A DNA stretch of 64,000 nt from Malacoraja senta. Lineage: Eukaryota. A program made the position numbers and the translations under genes. Under the pieces are notes generated by a model. It did not search any database and was not told the origin of the DNA. It worked only from the letters and a program-made list of their open reading frames with translations. Positions 24,501 to 34,309 of this stretch are shown here, piece by piece; within the stretch, counting starts at the first letter, position 1, and each line of letters opens with the position of its first letter. The stretch covers positions 6,140,001 to 6,204,000 of the forward strand of contig CM075992.1 in the NCBI GenBank assembly GCA_038087875.1, given 5' to 3'.

Positions 24501-27500
24501 GTATCTCTGAACTAAACCAAACTAAAGTTCCAGACCTTGTGTGACATCCAGCTCTAACTCGGCCTATCTGGACGTTACCACATGACCACTGCTTCCAAGG
24601 GCACATCCTGGTCCACATCTCCATCTCCCAATCCCCACACATTCAGATCCATGGCCACACTCTGTGCATCCCTCCATACCCAATCGATGCATTCATTATT
24701 CGCACCTGGGTGGCACGGTGGCGTAGCGGTAGAGTTGCTGCCTTACAGCGCATGCAGCGCCGGGGACCCGGGTTCGATGCCACCTACGGGTGCTGTCTGC
24801 ACGGAGTTTGCACGTTCTCCCCGTGACCCGTGTGGGTTTACTCCGAGATCTTTGCTTTCTTCCCACAGTCCAAAGACACAAAGGTATGTCAGTAAATTGA
24901 CTTGGTATAAGTGTAAATTGTCCCTAGTGTGTGTAGGATGGTGTTTGTGTGTGGGGATCGCTGGTCGGTGCGGACTCGAAGGGCCTGTTTCTGCGCTGTA
25001 TCTCTAAACTAAATTAAACTAAACCTTGAGATTCACTCTTCATTTTATTCTTATTGTATGTCCTTACCTTTATCAGGACATGAACATGAAATTACAGTTG
25101 TACGCTCAGCCTTGCATTGACACCAGTAGGATCCTTGAGTGTTGACACACAGGATGTCGGCTCCACATTGATCGCTTTCACATTCGTTGACATCTGTGAA
25201 AAGAGGGAAAAATCTTCACCATCTTATCATTGTTTGCTCTGCGCTACATGTGAGGGGTGGCCATCCAGGACAGAGAGGAATCCCCTTCACTCAGGGAAGT
25301 GGTAATGGTTGTAATTCTCCCCCCAAAGGGCTGTGACTGAGCACAATCAGGCAGAGATCCATGGACCATTGGACAATGAGGTGATCTAGGGATCTGATGT
25401 TAGTGCGGGGAAGTGGCTCTGTCGTAAAAGACTGGCCGATACCGCTTTGAACGGGCAAGCAGTAATGAGGGGCCGAAGGGTCTGCTCCCGCTGCTATATG
25501 TTCTTATATCAATGTTATGAACACATTTATACAGAAGATAGACACAAAAAGCTGGAGTAACTCAGCGGGACAGGCAGCATCTCTGGGAAGAAGGAATGGG
25601 TGACGTTTTGGGTCGAGACCCTCCTTACACACATTTATACATATACACACACTTAAATGGAAGCATTAGAAACACACATGTACACACGCAGGCTCATTTA
25701 CCCACACGTATGAACATATACATTCATGAAACTCATTCATCTGACTGCTTTCCCCACTTTAATCTCAAGCACACCAGTTACCTGAGACAATTTAGCCCTC
25801 ACCTGTACACTGCTTGTTGTCATTTGGATGAACTTTATAGCCTAATCCACACTGGCTCGTCTGGGATCGAACGACCATGCAGACACCACAGCTCACGAGA
25901 ACTAGAAGAAACAAAACAAAGCAGTTAGACTTTTGTTCCCCCAATTTTGCTCCTGAAATCAAAGGACAACAACCCAATACAGGCATGAGCCCAGCGAGCG
26001 TTGACATTGACCATGGGAAGTAGACGGGCTGAAGGCAATGGGCTCCCTTCAGATGTGGAAAACGAGTCGTGGGATCAAAGGATCAACAGAGAGCTGTGAG
26101 TCTGTGGAATTCTCCGCCTCAGAGGGCGGTGGAGGCCGGTTCTCTGGTTACGTTTAAGAGAGAGCTAGATAGGGCTCTTAAAAATAGTGGAGTCAGGAGA
26201 TATGGGGAGAAGGCCGGAACGAGGAACTGATTGGGGATGATCAGCCATGATCACATTGAATGGCGGTGCTGGCTCGAAGGGCCGAATGGCCTACTCCTGC
26301 ACCTATTGTCTATTGTCTGTGTCGCTCCTTATTTTAAAACACTTCTATCTGGACTCCCCTCAACCTCCGATGTACCAGCGAAAACAGTCCAGGTCTGCCC
26401 AACCTCCTTATGGCTAATCCAGGCAGCATGCTGGCAAATTTCTTCTGCACCCTCTCCAAAAGCTTCACATCCTTCCTGTAATGTGGTGACAGCAATTGCA
26501 CGCAACACTCCAAATGAGGCCACAGCAAAGTCCGATCAAGCTACATCATGACCACCGGAAGACTCTGATACTCGATGCCCTGACCGATGAAGACAAGGTA
26601 ACCATACCCCATCTTTACCACTCTTTCTCAGTGGGGCGCCGTCCAGTTGGGTGCCCTTCCTGCAGCTGTCCGTCTTTTCACTTCTTTTTTTAATTTTTAG
26701 TATGTTAAAATAGTGTTTTGTTTTGGAGGTCTAGTCTTTTATGTGGGGGGTGGGGGGGGGGAAGGGGGAAATTGCTTTTCCTAGTCCCTACCTGGTCGGA
26801 GAGGCGGCTTTCCTCCGAGCAGCATCTTCGACCCGTCCTCGCGGCCTACCATCGGGCCTGGAGCGGCGTTTCCTGAGGGGACCGGCCAGAACCACGGCTT
26901 CGGGGGCGGCACAGCGCTGGAGCGCTATCGCGGAGCGGGCGATGCCTTGCCCAGGTCACCGCACTGGAGCTGGGTCCGCCGATTAGAACATCGCGGAGCT
27001 GCGGGTCTGTGGAGCGTCCAGCCGCGGGCAGTGGCGCTATCTTTAACATCGCGGAGCCTGGGATCACTCGCTGAGATCGCCAGTGGTGGAGCTCCGTCCA
27101 GCACGGCCTGTTGGCTTCGGAAGCCGCGGTCTCCGGTAAGGAAGCAGCCGTTCCAGGTATCCCAAGCCGCTGAGAGGGTTCTCCCGATGCCAGAACACCA
27201 TCACCATCACCCAGCAAGAAGGGCCTGAAACATCGCGCCGCCATAGCGCCAATTGCAGAGGCCTAAATAAGCCCGACTATGGGTGGACAAGTTAAATTCC
27301 TTTATAATGTTATGTTGTATTCTTATTAATGTGCTTCAATGGCAACTCGAATTTCACTACAACAATTGGTGTATGTGACAATAAATGAACCTTTCAACCT
27401 ACCTATTGACCGATGAAAGCATGTAAACCTTATGCCTTCTTTACCACATGTGTTGCCACTTTCAGGGAGCTTTTACATCAACCCATGGTGTCTGCTTCAG

Positions 27501-29713
27501 TTCACCCCAGACTTACAAGAAATGGCAGAGATGGTGTCCATTGTGGGTACAATATATATTTGGCTTTGCTGTCTTCAAGAAGTGAGATAAGATGTCGTTA
27601 TTATTTGTGTAAATTTAGAAATAAGCAGCTCGCTTTCACAGAACAACCTCACTGGAAAAAGTGGTTTGTTATCTAGACATCGATGACGAACATTCAATAG
27701 AAAATGACACCATTTTATGTGTTTGGGGCAGATATCTAGATTTAGCAGTTGTCTCATATTTTCTCGAAACATTGAAGGAGGCCATTCAGCCCATTGAGTC
27801 TATGCTGGCTCTCGGAGCAATTCCACCCATTCCGACTATGTCCCTGTAACACATCCTCTCAAATCCCACACTCAGGACGATCTACAGTGGACAAGTAACC
27901 TACTGATCCTCACGTCTCTGGGATGTGGGAGAAAACCAGAGGAAATCCAAAGGGTCACAGGGAGAACGTGCAAACTTCAATTCCTACACTCTTGCCTCAA
28001 CACTAATTGTTTTATGCGAAGCTAAGTCACCCGAGGATTTGCCCGTGTGAGAAGAATCTTTCCTGAGCATTTACTCAGATATAGGCTGTTCTGGAGCTTG
28101 GCCCCGAAACTATGAGCAAACCAGGGCAGAGGTTTGATCAAACTCACTCAAATGTTATAATGTAAGTGAAGGGAGACAGGGCAGGAGAGAATATCACCAA
28201 CTAAATACAGAGGGAAGCTGTCCCATCACACAAACCACAGAAAGGGACAACACGGCTGAAATACAGAGTGAACCTGCCTCCACACTGTCCCATTAAACAT
28301 CTCCTAGAACAGTGCTTCTTAAACTATTTCAGTGTCATTCACCCTTGAGTCTTCATCACAACATTTCATTCACACTCAACTAAATTTGATTATGTTTTTG
28401 GTAATTTTCGTCTTATTCTCCCTTGTGTAGAATTTTATACAAAAGTTATTTTGTCAAATGAGCAGAAAGATAAATTAACTCATTCACTCCAAAATAATGT
28501 CATTCCCCCTTGGGCGAACCATTCACCAGTTTAAGAGGCACTGTCGGGGTGGAAGATTGCAACTTTCACGTGGTCTGCCCTGTTTCGACTAATGCATTCA
28601 ACTCGACTTGCACAAACGGAAGATCAAATAGAACAAGTTGTCCAACAACTTTAGGCTGTGCACGCCACACGAAAGAAGAAGAAGAAGAGGCACTGTCCAA
28701 GAACAACACGGCTTAAGTACAGAGTGAACCTGCCTCTACAGTATCCCATTAAACATCTCCAAGGACAGGGACAACATAGGCTAAATACAGAGTGAACCTG
28801 CCTCTACACTGTCCCATTAAACATTGCCTGGGTTAAATACAGTCAAACCGCCTCCATCCATCACACATTGCCAGGGACAGGGGCAACATGTGAGTTAAGG
28901 AGTGAGTGTTTTTTTCATGATCCTTCTGGAGGTTCAGCTTCATTGACCAAAGAACAGTACAGCACGAGAACAGGCCCTTCAGCCTACAATATGTGTGCAG
29001 AACATTATGCCAAGACCATCTCTTATCTAGAAACAAAGAACTGCAGATGCTGATTAATACGCAAAAGGACACAAAAGTGCTGGAGTAACTCAGCAGATCA
29101 GGCAGCGTCACTGAAGACGTTGCGGTTTGAGACCCTTTTTCAGATTCTGGAGAGGTCTGGAACACTGTTCCAACCATCACCTATCCATATCCTCCACAGA
29201 TGCTGCCTGACCGGCTGACTCTGATACTCGATGCCCTGACCGATGAAGACAAGTATACCATATGCCATCTGTGAGTTCCTCCAGCACTTTGTGTTTTGCT
29301 CATGATTGCAGCATCTGCTTGTGTCTTTATTCAACATCAGTTTGCCAACTCCAATGCTCGCGCTGATAATGCCCGACACATATCCTCATTCATCCACTCG
29401 TCGAAAAGCCCCACGATAACTCGTTTAGACCGGGGCTGAGCTATGAAACCGTTGCCCACTCCCCCCACCTGGGTGCACCCACCTCCCCTCCCAGCCCCTG
29501 AGTCAGGAGAGGGGGGTGAAAGGAGAGGGCGGAGAGAGGGTGGGAGGAGAGGATAGATTGGACAAGAGAGGGAGGGGACTGGGAGATGGGAAGGGTTGGA
29601 TAAGTGAAGGAAGGGAGATGAGGGGAGGGAAAGAGTGGGGAAGGAGTGGAGTGGGGAGCGGAAGGGAAGTATTGGAATGAATATTTACCCATTAGAGGCA
29701 AACAGCGGCCCAT
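370..29713 (-). CDS. Multi-exon signal peptide + tandem cbEGF protein, probably ADGRE (CD97/EMR-like) adhesion GPCR; 5' part only, continues beyond coordinate 1
   Basis: 17 exons with AG/GT boundaries join in frame (all phase 1): MGRCLPLMVLVSCGVCMVVRSQTSQCGLGYKVHPNDNKQCT-DVNEC...-(DIDEC..)x13-GKDEC... A short exon 1, a half-EGF exon 2 and one cbEGF per exon match ADGRE gene architecture. GAIN/7TM exons are not visible, so the family call is inference. Confidence 0.75.
1795..1935 (-). CDS. 141-nt cbEGF repeat exon
   Basis: Intact AG/GT; DIDECESSPCHHNATCTNTRGSYQCNCNAGFQASASSTGLHANKTCE. Confidence 0.87.
3310..3450 (-). CDS. 141-nt cbEGF repeat exon
   Basis: Intact AG/GT; DIDECESLPCHHNATCNNMLGSYQCDCNKGFWAPASSTGLHANKTCE. 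Confidence 0.85.
4904..5044 (-). CDS. 141-nt cbEGF repeat exon
   Basis: Intact AG/GT; DIDECESSPCHHNATCNNTLGSYQCNCNAGFQASASSTGLHANKTCE. Confidence 0.87.
6429..6569 (-). CDS. 141-nt cbEGF repeat exon
   Basis: Intact AG/GT; DIDECETSPCHHSTNCTNTRGSYQCDCNVGFQASASSTGLHAYKTCE. Confidence 0.85.
7443..7510 (-). pseudogene. 3'-truncated cbEGF exon
   Basis: ttcacacag|ATATCGACGAGTGT...GGTTCCTAC (DIDECKSSPCHNQATCTNTMGSY), then joins intron sequence; second half and donor absent. Confidence 0.8.
7833..7973 (-). CDS. 141-nt cbEGF repeat exon with an extra Cys
   Basis: Intact AG/GT; DTDECESSPCHHNATCNNTLGSYQCNCNVGFQASASSTGLCANKTCE. Confidence 0.83.
9172..9490 (+). mobile_element. 3' tail of the same HERO-like element (also 12822-13140, 16478-16796, partial 20128-20270)
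   Basis: Matches 22771-23085; co-amplified with array II. Confidence 0.75.
9724..9864 (-). CDS. 141-nt cbEGF repeat exon
   Basis: Intact AG/GT; DIDDCESSPCHHNATCTNTLGSYQCNCNAGFHASASSTGLPANKTCE. Confidence 0.85.
10187..10327 (-). CDS. 141-nt cbEGF repeat exon with Cys1>Tyr
   Basis: Intact AG/GT; DIDEYKSVPCHHNTTCTNMLGSYQCNCNAGFQTSASSIGLRANKTCE. Confidence 0.78.
11055..11192 (-). pseudogene. Divergent cbEGF exon, open frame but splice acceptor lost (CAT instead of CAG)
   Basis: 138 nt; DIDECKSATCGKNTFCDNTPGSYRCNCIAGFHASAATNGITAEDCE; donor G|gttgga; preceded by ttcccacat. Confidence 0.75.
11270..11680 (+). mobile_element. CR1-type LINE 3' fragment (also ~14922-15335, ~18578-18990)
   Basis: LGLSTLEFRRMRGNLIETFKII...RTRGHSLRIRG...[13 protein letters not shown]1 ORF2 C-terminus and tail. 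Confidence 0.85.
13374..13514 (-). CDS. 141-nt cbEGF repeat exon
   Basis: Intact AG/GT; DIDECESSPCHHNATCTNTLGSYQCNCNAGFQASASSTGLPANKTCE. Confidence 0.85.
13837..13977 (-). CDS. 141-nt cbEGF repeat exon
   Basis: Intact AG/GT; DIDECKSVPCHHNTTCTNMLGSYQCNCNAGFQTSASSIGLRANKTCE. Confidence 0.85.
14705..14844 (-). pseudogene. Dead divergent cbEGF exon (acceptor AG>AT, 2-nt insertion)
   Basis: Same lesions as 18361-18500; 140 nt. Confidence 0.8.
17030..17170 (-). CDS. 141-nt cbEGF repeat exon
   Basis: Intact AG/GT; DIDECESSPCHHNATCTNTLGSYQCNCNAGFQASASSTGPRANKICE. Confidence 0.85.
17493..17633 (-). CDS. 141-nt cbEGF repeat exon
   Basis: Intact AG/GT; DIDECKSVPCHHNTTCTNMLGSYQCNCNAGFQTSASSIGLRANKTCE. 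Confidence 0.85.
18361..18500 (-). pseudogene. Dead divergent cbEGF exon (acceptor AG>AT, 2-nt insertion)
   Basis: ttcccacat|ATATTGACGAATGC; 140 nt versus 138 nt in the 11055 copy; extra dinucleotide in the CA run frameshifts it. Confidence 0.8.
20600..20740 (-). CDS. 141-nt cbEGF repeat exon
   Basis: Intact AG/GT; DIDECGSSPCHHNTTCNNKLGSYQCNCNAGFQASASSTGLRANKTCE. Confidence 0.85.
21185..21640 (-). mobile_element. Rex1/Babar-like LINE 3' fragment (related copy 58625-59060)
   Basis: Related ORF ...IIKDPHHPGHTLISPLPSGRRYRSLKTATSRFRNSYFP. Confidence 0.65.
21650..23085 (+). mobile_element. Degenerate HERO/NeSL-like non-LTR retrotransposon (RT C-terminus + restriction-like endonuclease + 3' UTR)
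   Basis: RT-like (A)FMHDLTITT and FKPTKSRS.VLKKGKV; ERKMSGFLRRWLGLPRSLNSAALYG; RLE motif RPDMII...IILELTVPWEERIEEANERKRTKY; internal deletion near 22550. Confidence 0.75.
23323..23463 (-). CDS. 141-nt cbEGF repeat exon
   Basis: cag|ATATCGATGAG...TGTGAAG|gtgagg; DIDECESSPCHHNATCNNTLGSYQCNCNVGFQASASSTGLPANKICE. Confidence 0.88.
24709..25022 (+). mobile_element. tRNA-derived HE1/V-SINE-type element
   Basis: A box GGTGGCGTAGCGG, B box GGTTCGATGCC, central GGAGTTTGCACGTTCTCCCCGTG domain, (CTAAA)n tail. Confidence 0.75.
25068..25193 (-). CDS. cbEGF exon (first, unique type)
   Basis: ttcacag|ATGTCAAC...GATAAAG|gtaagg; 126 nt; DVNECESDQCGADILCVNTQGSYWCQCKAERTTVISCSCPDK. Confidence 0.85.
25803..25901 (-). 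CDS. EGF-repeat gene exon 2 (end of signal peptide + CxxGY..C half-EGF)
   Basis: tttgtttcttctag|TTCTCGTG...TGTACAG|gtgagg; 99 nt, phase 1-1; (V)LVSCGVCMVVRSQTSQCGLGYKVHPNDNKQCT. Confidence 0.8.
26625..27398 (+). mobile_element. GC/CpG-rich insertion with LINE-like tail (unclassified SINE-like)
   Basis: Absent from the paralogous empty site at ~30818 (accactct^atctattgacc); ends ...gtatgtgacaataaa. Confidence 0.6.
28190..28860. repeat. Degenerate ~60-bp minisatellite (taaatacagagtgaacctgcctctacactgtcccattaaaca), interrupted
   Basis: At least 5 recognisable units; also 31590-31700. Confidence 0.65.
29689..29713 (-). CDS. EGF-repeat gene exon 1 (coding part, MGRCLPLM + phase-1 G)
   Basis: Minus strand AAC ATG GGC CGC TGT TTG CCT CTA ATG G|gtaaat; joins exon 2 in frame to give a hydrophobic signal peptide. 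An in-frame upstream ATG (MLQRIGLSN-) also exists. Confidence 0.7.
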
Positions 29714-29829
29714 GTTGCTGAGACCTATTCTCTGCAGCATCACCCGCTCCTGTGTCAGCTGATTCTGAAAGCACCAGAATTTATACACAATCTGATCTCT
29801 CCATCACATCGAGCTAATCAGCGGGGAAA

Positions 29830-29839
29830 GGAAGTGAAA
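29830..29839. promoter_or_regulatory. Ets-IRF composite element (GGAAGTGAAA) in the putative TATA-less promoter
   Basis: Exact GGAAnnGAAA match within GGGGAAAGGAAGTGAAACT, ~120 bp upstream of the ATG of the EGF gene. Confidence 0.55.
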
Positions 29840-30107
29840 CTCTTGTTGTCAGGCAAAGACAACTACACTGGTATTTGTTAGGCATCTCGATTGTGTCCCA
29901 GTGTCAGTTGGGCAGGAGCCCGAACGGCAGGTCTGGAACAGTGTGGTAACACGGCTTCCATCCATAGAGACACATTGACTCTACAACACACCAACGCCTC
30001 CAGTTGCTCAGGAGGTGAAGGACATTCAGCATGTCTCCAATGACCCTTCCCAATTCCTGCAGATGCATCAGAGAAAGCATCATATCAGGCCGCATCGTCA
30101 CTTGTCA

Positions 30108-30520
30108 CCCTGGAGATTAGAAGGATGAGAGGGAATCTTATTGAAACATATAAGATCATTAAGGGTTTGGACACACAGGAGGCAGGAAACATGTTCCCGA
30201 TGTTGGGGGAGTCCAGAACCAGGGGCCACAGTTTAAGAATAAGGGGTAAGCCATTTAGAACAGAAACGAGGAAAAACGTTTTAACCCAGAGAGTTGTGAA
30301 TCTGTGGAATTCTCTGCCTCAGAGGGCGGTGGAGGCCGGTTCTCTGGATACTTTCAAGAGAGAGTTAGGGCTCTTAAAGATAGCGGAATCAGGGGTTACG
30401 GGGAGAAGGCAGGAACGGGGTACTGATTGGGGATGATCAGCCATGATCACATTGAATGGCGGTGCTGGCTCAAAGGGCCGAATGGCCTACTCCTGCACCT
30501 ATTGTCTATTGTCTATTGTC
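30108..30520 (+). mobile_element. CR1-type LINE 3' fragment
   Basis: MRGNLIETYKIIKGLD...[12 protein letters not shown]; (CTATTGT)n tail. Confidence 0.85.
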
Positions 30521-31790
30521 TGTCGCTCCTTATTTTAAAACACTTCTATCAGGACTCCCCTCAACCTCCGATGTACCAGCGAAAACAGTCCACGTCTGCC
30601 CAACCTCCTTATGGCTAATCCAGGCAGCATGCTGGCAAATTTCTTCTGCACCCTCTCCAAAAGCTTCACATCCTTCCTGTAATGTGGTGACAGCAATTGC
30701 ACGCAACACTCCAAATGAGGCCACAGCAAAGTCCGATCAAGCTACATCATGACCAGCTGACTCTGATACTCAATGCCCTGACCGATGAAGACAAGGTAAC
30801 CATACCCCATCTTTACCACTCTATCTATTGACCGATGAAGGAATGTATACGTTATGCCTTCTTTACCACTCTATCCACATGTGTTGCCACTTTCAGGGAG
30901 CTTTTACATCAACCCATGTTGTCTGCTTCAGATCACCCCAGACTTACAAGAAATGGCAGAGATGGTGTCCATTGTGGGTACAATATATAATTGGCTTTGC
31001 TGTCTTCAAGAAGTGAGATAAGATGTTGTTATTTTTTGTGTAAATGTAGAAGTAAGCAGCTCGCTTTCACAGAACAACCTCACTGGAAAAAGTGGTTTGT
31101 TATCTGGACATCGATGATGAACATTCAATAGAAAATGGCACAATTTTATGTGTTTAGGGCAGATATCTAGATTTAGCAGTTGTCTCATTTTTTTTGTGAA
31201 AGATTGAAGGAGGCCATTCAGCCCATCGAGTCTATGCTGGCTCTCGGAGCAAATCCCACACTCAGGACGATCTACAGCGGACAAGTAACCTACTGATCCT
31301 CGCGTCTCTGGGATGTGGGAGAAAACCAGAGGAAATCCAAAGGGTCACAGGGAGAACGTGCAAACTTCAATTCCTACACTCTTGCCTCAACACTAATTGT
31401 TTTATGCGAAGCTAAGTCACCCGAGGATTTGCCCGTGTGAGAAGAATCTTTCCTGAGCATTTACTCAGATATAGGCTCTTCTGGAGCTTGGCCCAGAAAC
31501 TATGAGCAAACCAGGGCAGAGGTTTGATCAAACTCACTCAAATGTTATAATGCAAGTGGAGGGAGACAGGGCAGGAGAGAATATCACCAACTAAATACAG
31601 AGGGAAGCTGTCCCATCACACAAACCTGAGAAAGGGACAACACGGCTTAAATACAGAGTGAACCTGCCTCCACACTGTCCCATTAAACATCTCCTAGAAC
31701 AGTGCTTCTTAAACTATTTCAGTGTCATTCACCCTTGAGTCTTCATCACAACATTTCATTCACCCTCGACTAAATTTTATTATATTTTTT
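30300..31790. repeat. Duplicate of intron-1 block (26100-26620 + 27400-28410)
   Basis: Long collinear near-identity; the first copy carries an extra ~0.8 kb insertion. Confidence 0.85.
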
Positions 31791-32278
31791 GGTAAACGGC
31801 AAACTTAGTCATACCCGTGGGAACTCGGTTAAACTCTTGAACATAAACTTGGAATCTCGTACACAACCACGAGTCTGATTTTCTCTTTCACTCGGGGTCA
31901 CTCGTGGGTCAACTCGCACCGTGAGACAGGGCCATTATTCTCTCGTGTATAATTTTTTATATATTTACACAAAGGAGTGGGAACATTTTTCCCGCCCCCC
32001 CCACCCCCACATCAGTCTGAAGAAGGGTCTCGACCCGAAACGTCACCTATTTCCTTCGCTCCATTGATGCTGCCTCACCCGCTGAGTTTCTCCAGCACTT
32101 TTGTCCAGCAACAAATTATGCACATATTTATATACATGCATACTTAAGTAGAAGCATTGGAAACACACTAGTGCGCACACACACACACACACACACACAT
32201 GAAAATCATTCATCTGACTGCTTTCCCCCACTTTAATCTCAGGCAAACAGTAGTCACCTGAGAAAATTTAACACTCAC

Positions 32279-32347
32279 CTATACACTGGGTTTTGTCATT
32301 TGGATCAACTTGAAGACCTGTTGGACATGTTTTTCTCTGGGATAGAT
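32279..32347 (-). other. Orphan paralogous copy of exon 2 (alternative exon or relic)
   Basis: ttcccag|ATCTATCC...TGTATAG|gtgagt; 69 nt, phase 1-1; DLSQRKTCPTGLQVDPNDKTQCI, similar to SQTSQCGLGYKVHPNDNKQCT; downstream intron flank homologous to 25660-25800. Confidence 0.65.
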
Positions 32348-33244
32348 CTGGGAACAGTCATTGCAGAAGGAATACTCTGGACTTGGAGCTCAGAGAAAAT
32401 GACAACCACCATGGATGTAAGTCTGGCCAGTCCACCTCGCATGGGGAGTATTTAAATCCAAGTTGAGAGTCTTGTGATTTAGTGTAATAAATAATTAGTT
32501 GAAAGTGAATTAAATGTGCCGTTATTGCATATTAATTATGTGCCGGCATGTGTAGGTGACTTAGGTACTAATTAACACGCAACAAAATCTTTCCACTGTA
32601 CCTCGGTAAATGTGGCAATAAACTGAACTAAAGTAATAAAAACTTTTTAAAAAGACTAAGTTGTACCAGATCATACTCTGAGAGTCTCTTTGTTCAACGC
32701 GTCTGTTGATATTTTACAGAGATAATAGGGTCAAGAATTATCAGCAGAAACGTGCACTAACATAATGTATAACCTCATGACCAGCCACATGTTCTCTGTA
32801 ATGCTGTAACGTCTATATATTCTGCACTTGGTATCAAGGGGGGACCCGGTGTGGGGGGAGGGCCACCGAGAGAATAAAGAGGGACCCGGTGGGGGGGTGC
32901 GGGGCGTCGGGTCCCTAGGGATTTTTCTTCTGCAAAACCTCCACATCCTTCCTGTAATGGGGTCTGCAGTACTCCAAATTCAGGGTAACCAAAGTCTTAT
33001 CGAGCTGCAACATAACTTCCTTATTCCTAACTCCTGACCTAGAAGAGTAAAGGTGTCTTGCTCCAATTACAAAAGGCCCTGATGATACAGAGCTAGAATA
33101 TCATGTGTGGGTCTAGTCTATGTACCTGAGGAAGGGTCTCCTTCCTATAGGGCAGCAATGGTTCATTGGCTGACTGCTGGACTAGGGGCTGCTCTCTGAG
33201 GAAAGATTAAGCAGGAACGGATATGTGCAAAATATCGTCACTTG

Positions 33245-33665
33245 TCACTCTGGAGTTTAGAAGGATGAGAGGGCATCTTATTGAAACATTTAAGATCATT
33301 AATGGTTTGGACACGATAGAGGCAGGAAACATGTTCCCGATGTTGGGGGAGCCCAGAACCAGGGGCCACAGTTTAAGAATAAGGGGTAAGCCATTTAGAA
33401 CGGAGACGACGAAACACTTTTTCTCACTGAGAGTTGTGAATCTGTGGAATTCTCTGCCTCAGAGGGCGGTGGAGGCCGGTTCTCTGGATACTTTCAAGAG
33501 AGAGTTAGATAGGGCTCTTAAAGATAGCGGAGTCAGGGGATATGGGGAGAAGGCAGGAACAGGGTACTGATTGGGGATGATCAGCCATGATCACATTGAA
33601 TGGCGGTGCTGGCTCGAAGGGCCAAATGGCCTGCTCCTGCACCTATTCTCTATTGTCTATTGTTT
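33245..33665 (+). mobile_element. CR1-type LINE 3' fragment
   Basis: LEFRRMRGHLIETFKII...FKRELDRAL. Confidence 0.85.
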
Positions 33666-34309
33666 TTTGACAACTCAGCCATCCAAGATAACAAGACGTT
33701 GCAGAGAATTGTGGACACAGCCCAGTCCATCACACAAACCAGCCATCCCTCATCCACTCTATCTGTACCTTACTGGAGACACATATAACTTCAGACACTG
33801 GAATCGTATGACCCACACATCTCCATAAAACTTTGTCCCTCTCACAAATATTCACTCTCCAATTTGAAAGTAGACAAAAATGCTGGAGAAACTCAGCGGG
33901 TGAGGCAGCATCTATGGAGCGAAGGAATAGGTGACGTTTCGCTCCATAGATAATGCCTCACTGGCTGAGTTTCCCCAGCATTTTTGTCTACCTTCGATTT
34001 TTCCAGCATCTGCAGTTCTTTCTTAAACTCTCGTATTTGATATTTCTATCCCGGGAAAATTTTCTGTCCACCCTATCTATGTCTCTCAAAATGTTATATC
34101 TTTCTATCAGATGTCCATGATCCTATTGTGTTCCATAGAAAACAATCCGTGTCTGTCCATCCTTCCTCTAGTTAATACCTCCTAATCCAAGCATCATTCT
34201 GGCAAACCTCCTCTGGGCCCTTTCCAAAGCCTCCATGCACTTCATCCAATGGGACGACCAGAACTGCACGCAATACTCCAAATGCAGTCTGACCAAAGTC
34301 CTATAAAGC

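Noticed and set aside
24709..24790. tRNA genes (also ~54541)
   Set aside because: tRNA-like A/B boxes continue into SINE body and tail; they are SINE heads
370..25193. Notch, fibrillin or fibulin identity
   Set aside because: Tiny exon 1 plus half-EGF exon 2, the long C5-C6 loop and the recent near-identical repeats do not fit these conserved genes; no TB or LNR domains seen
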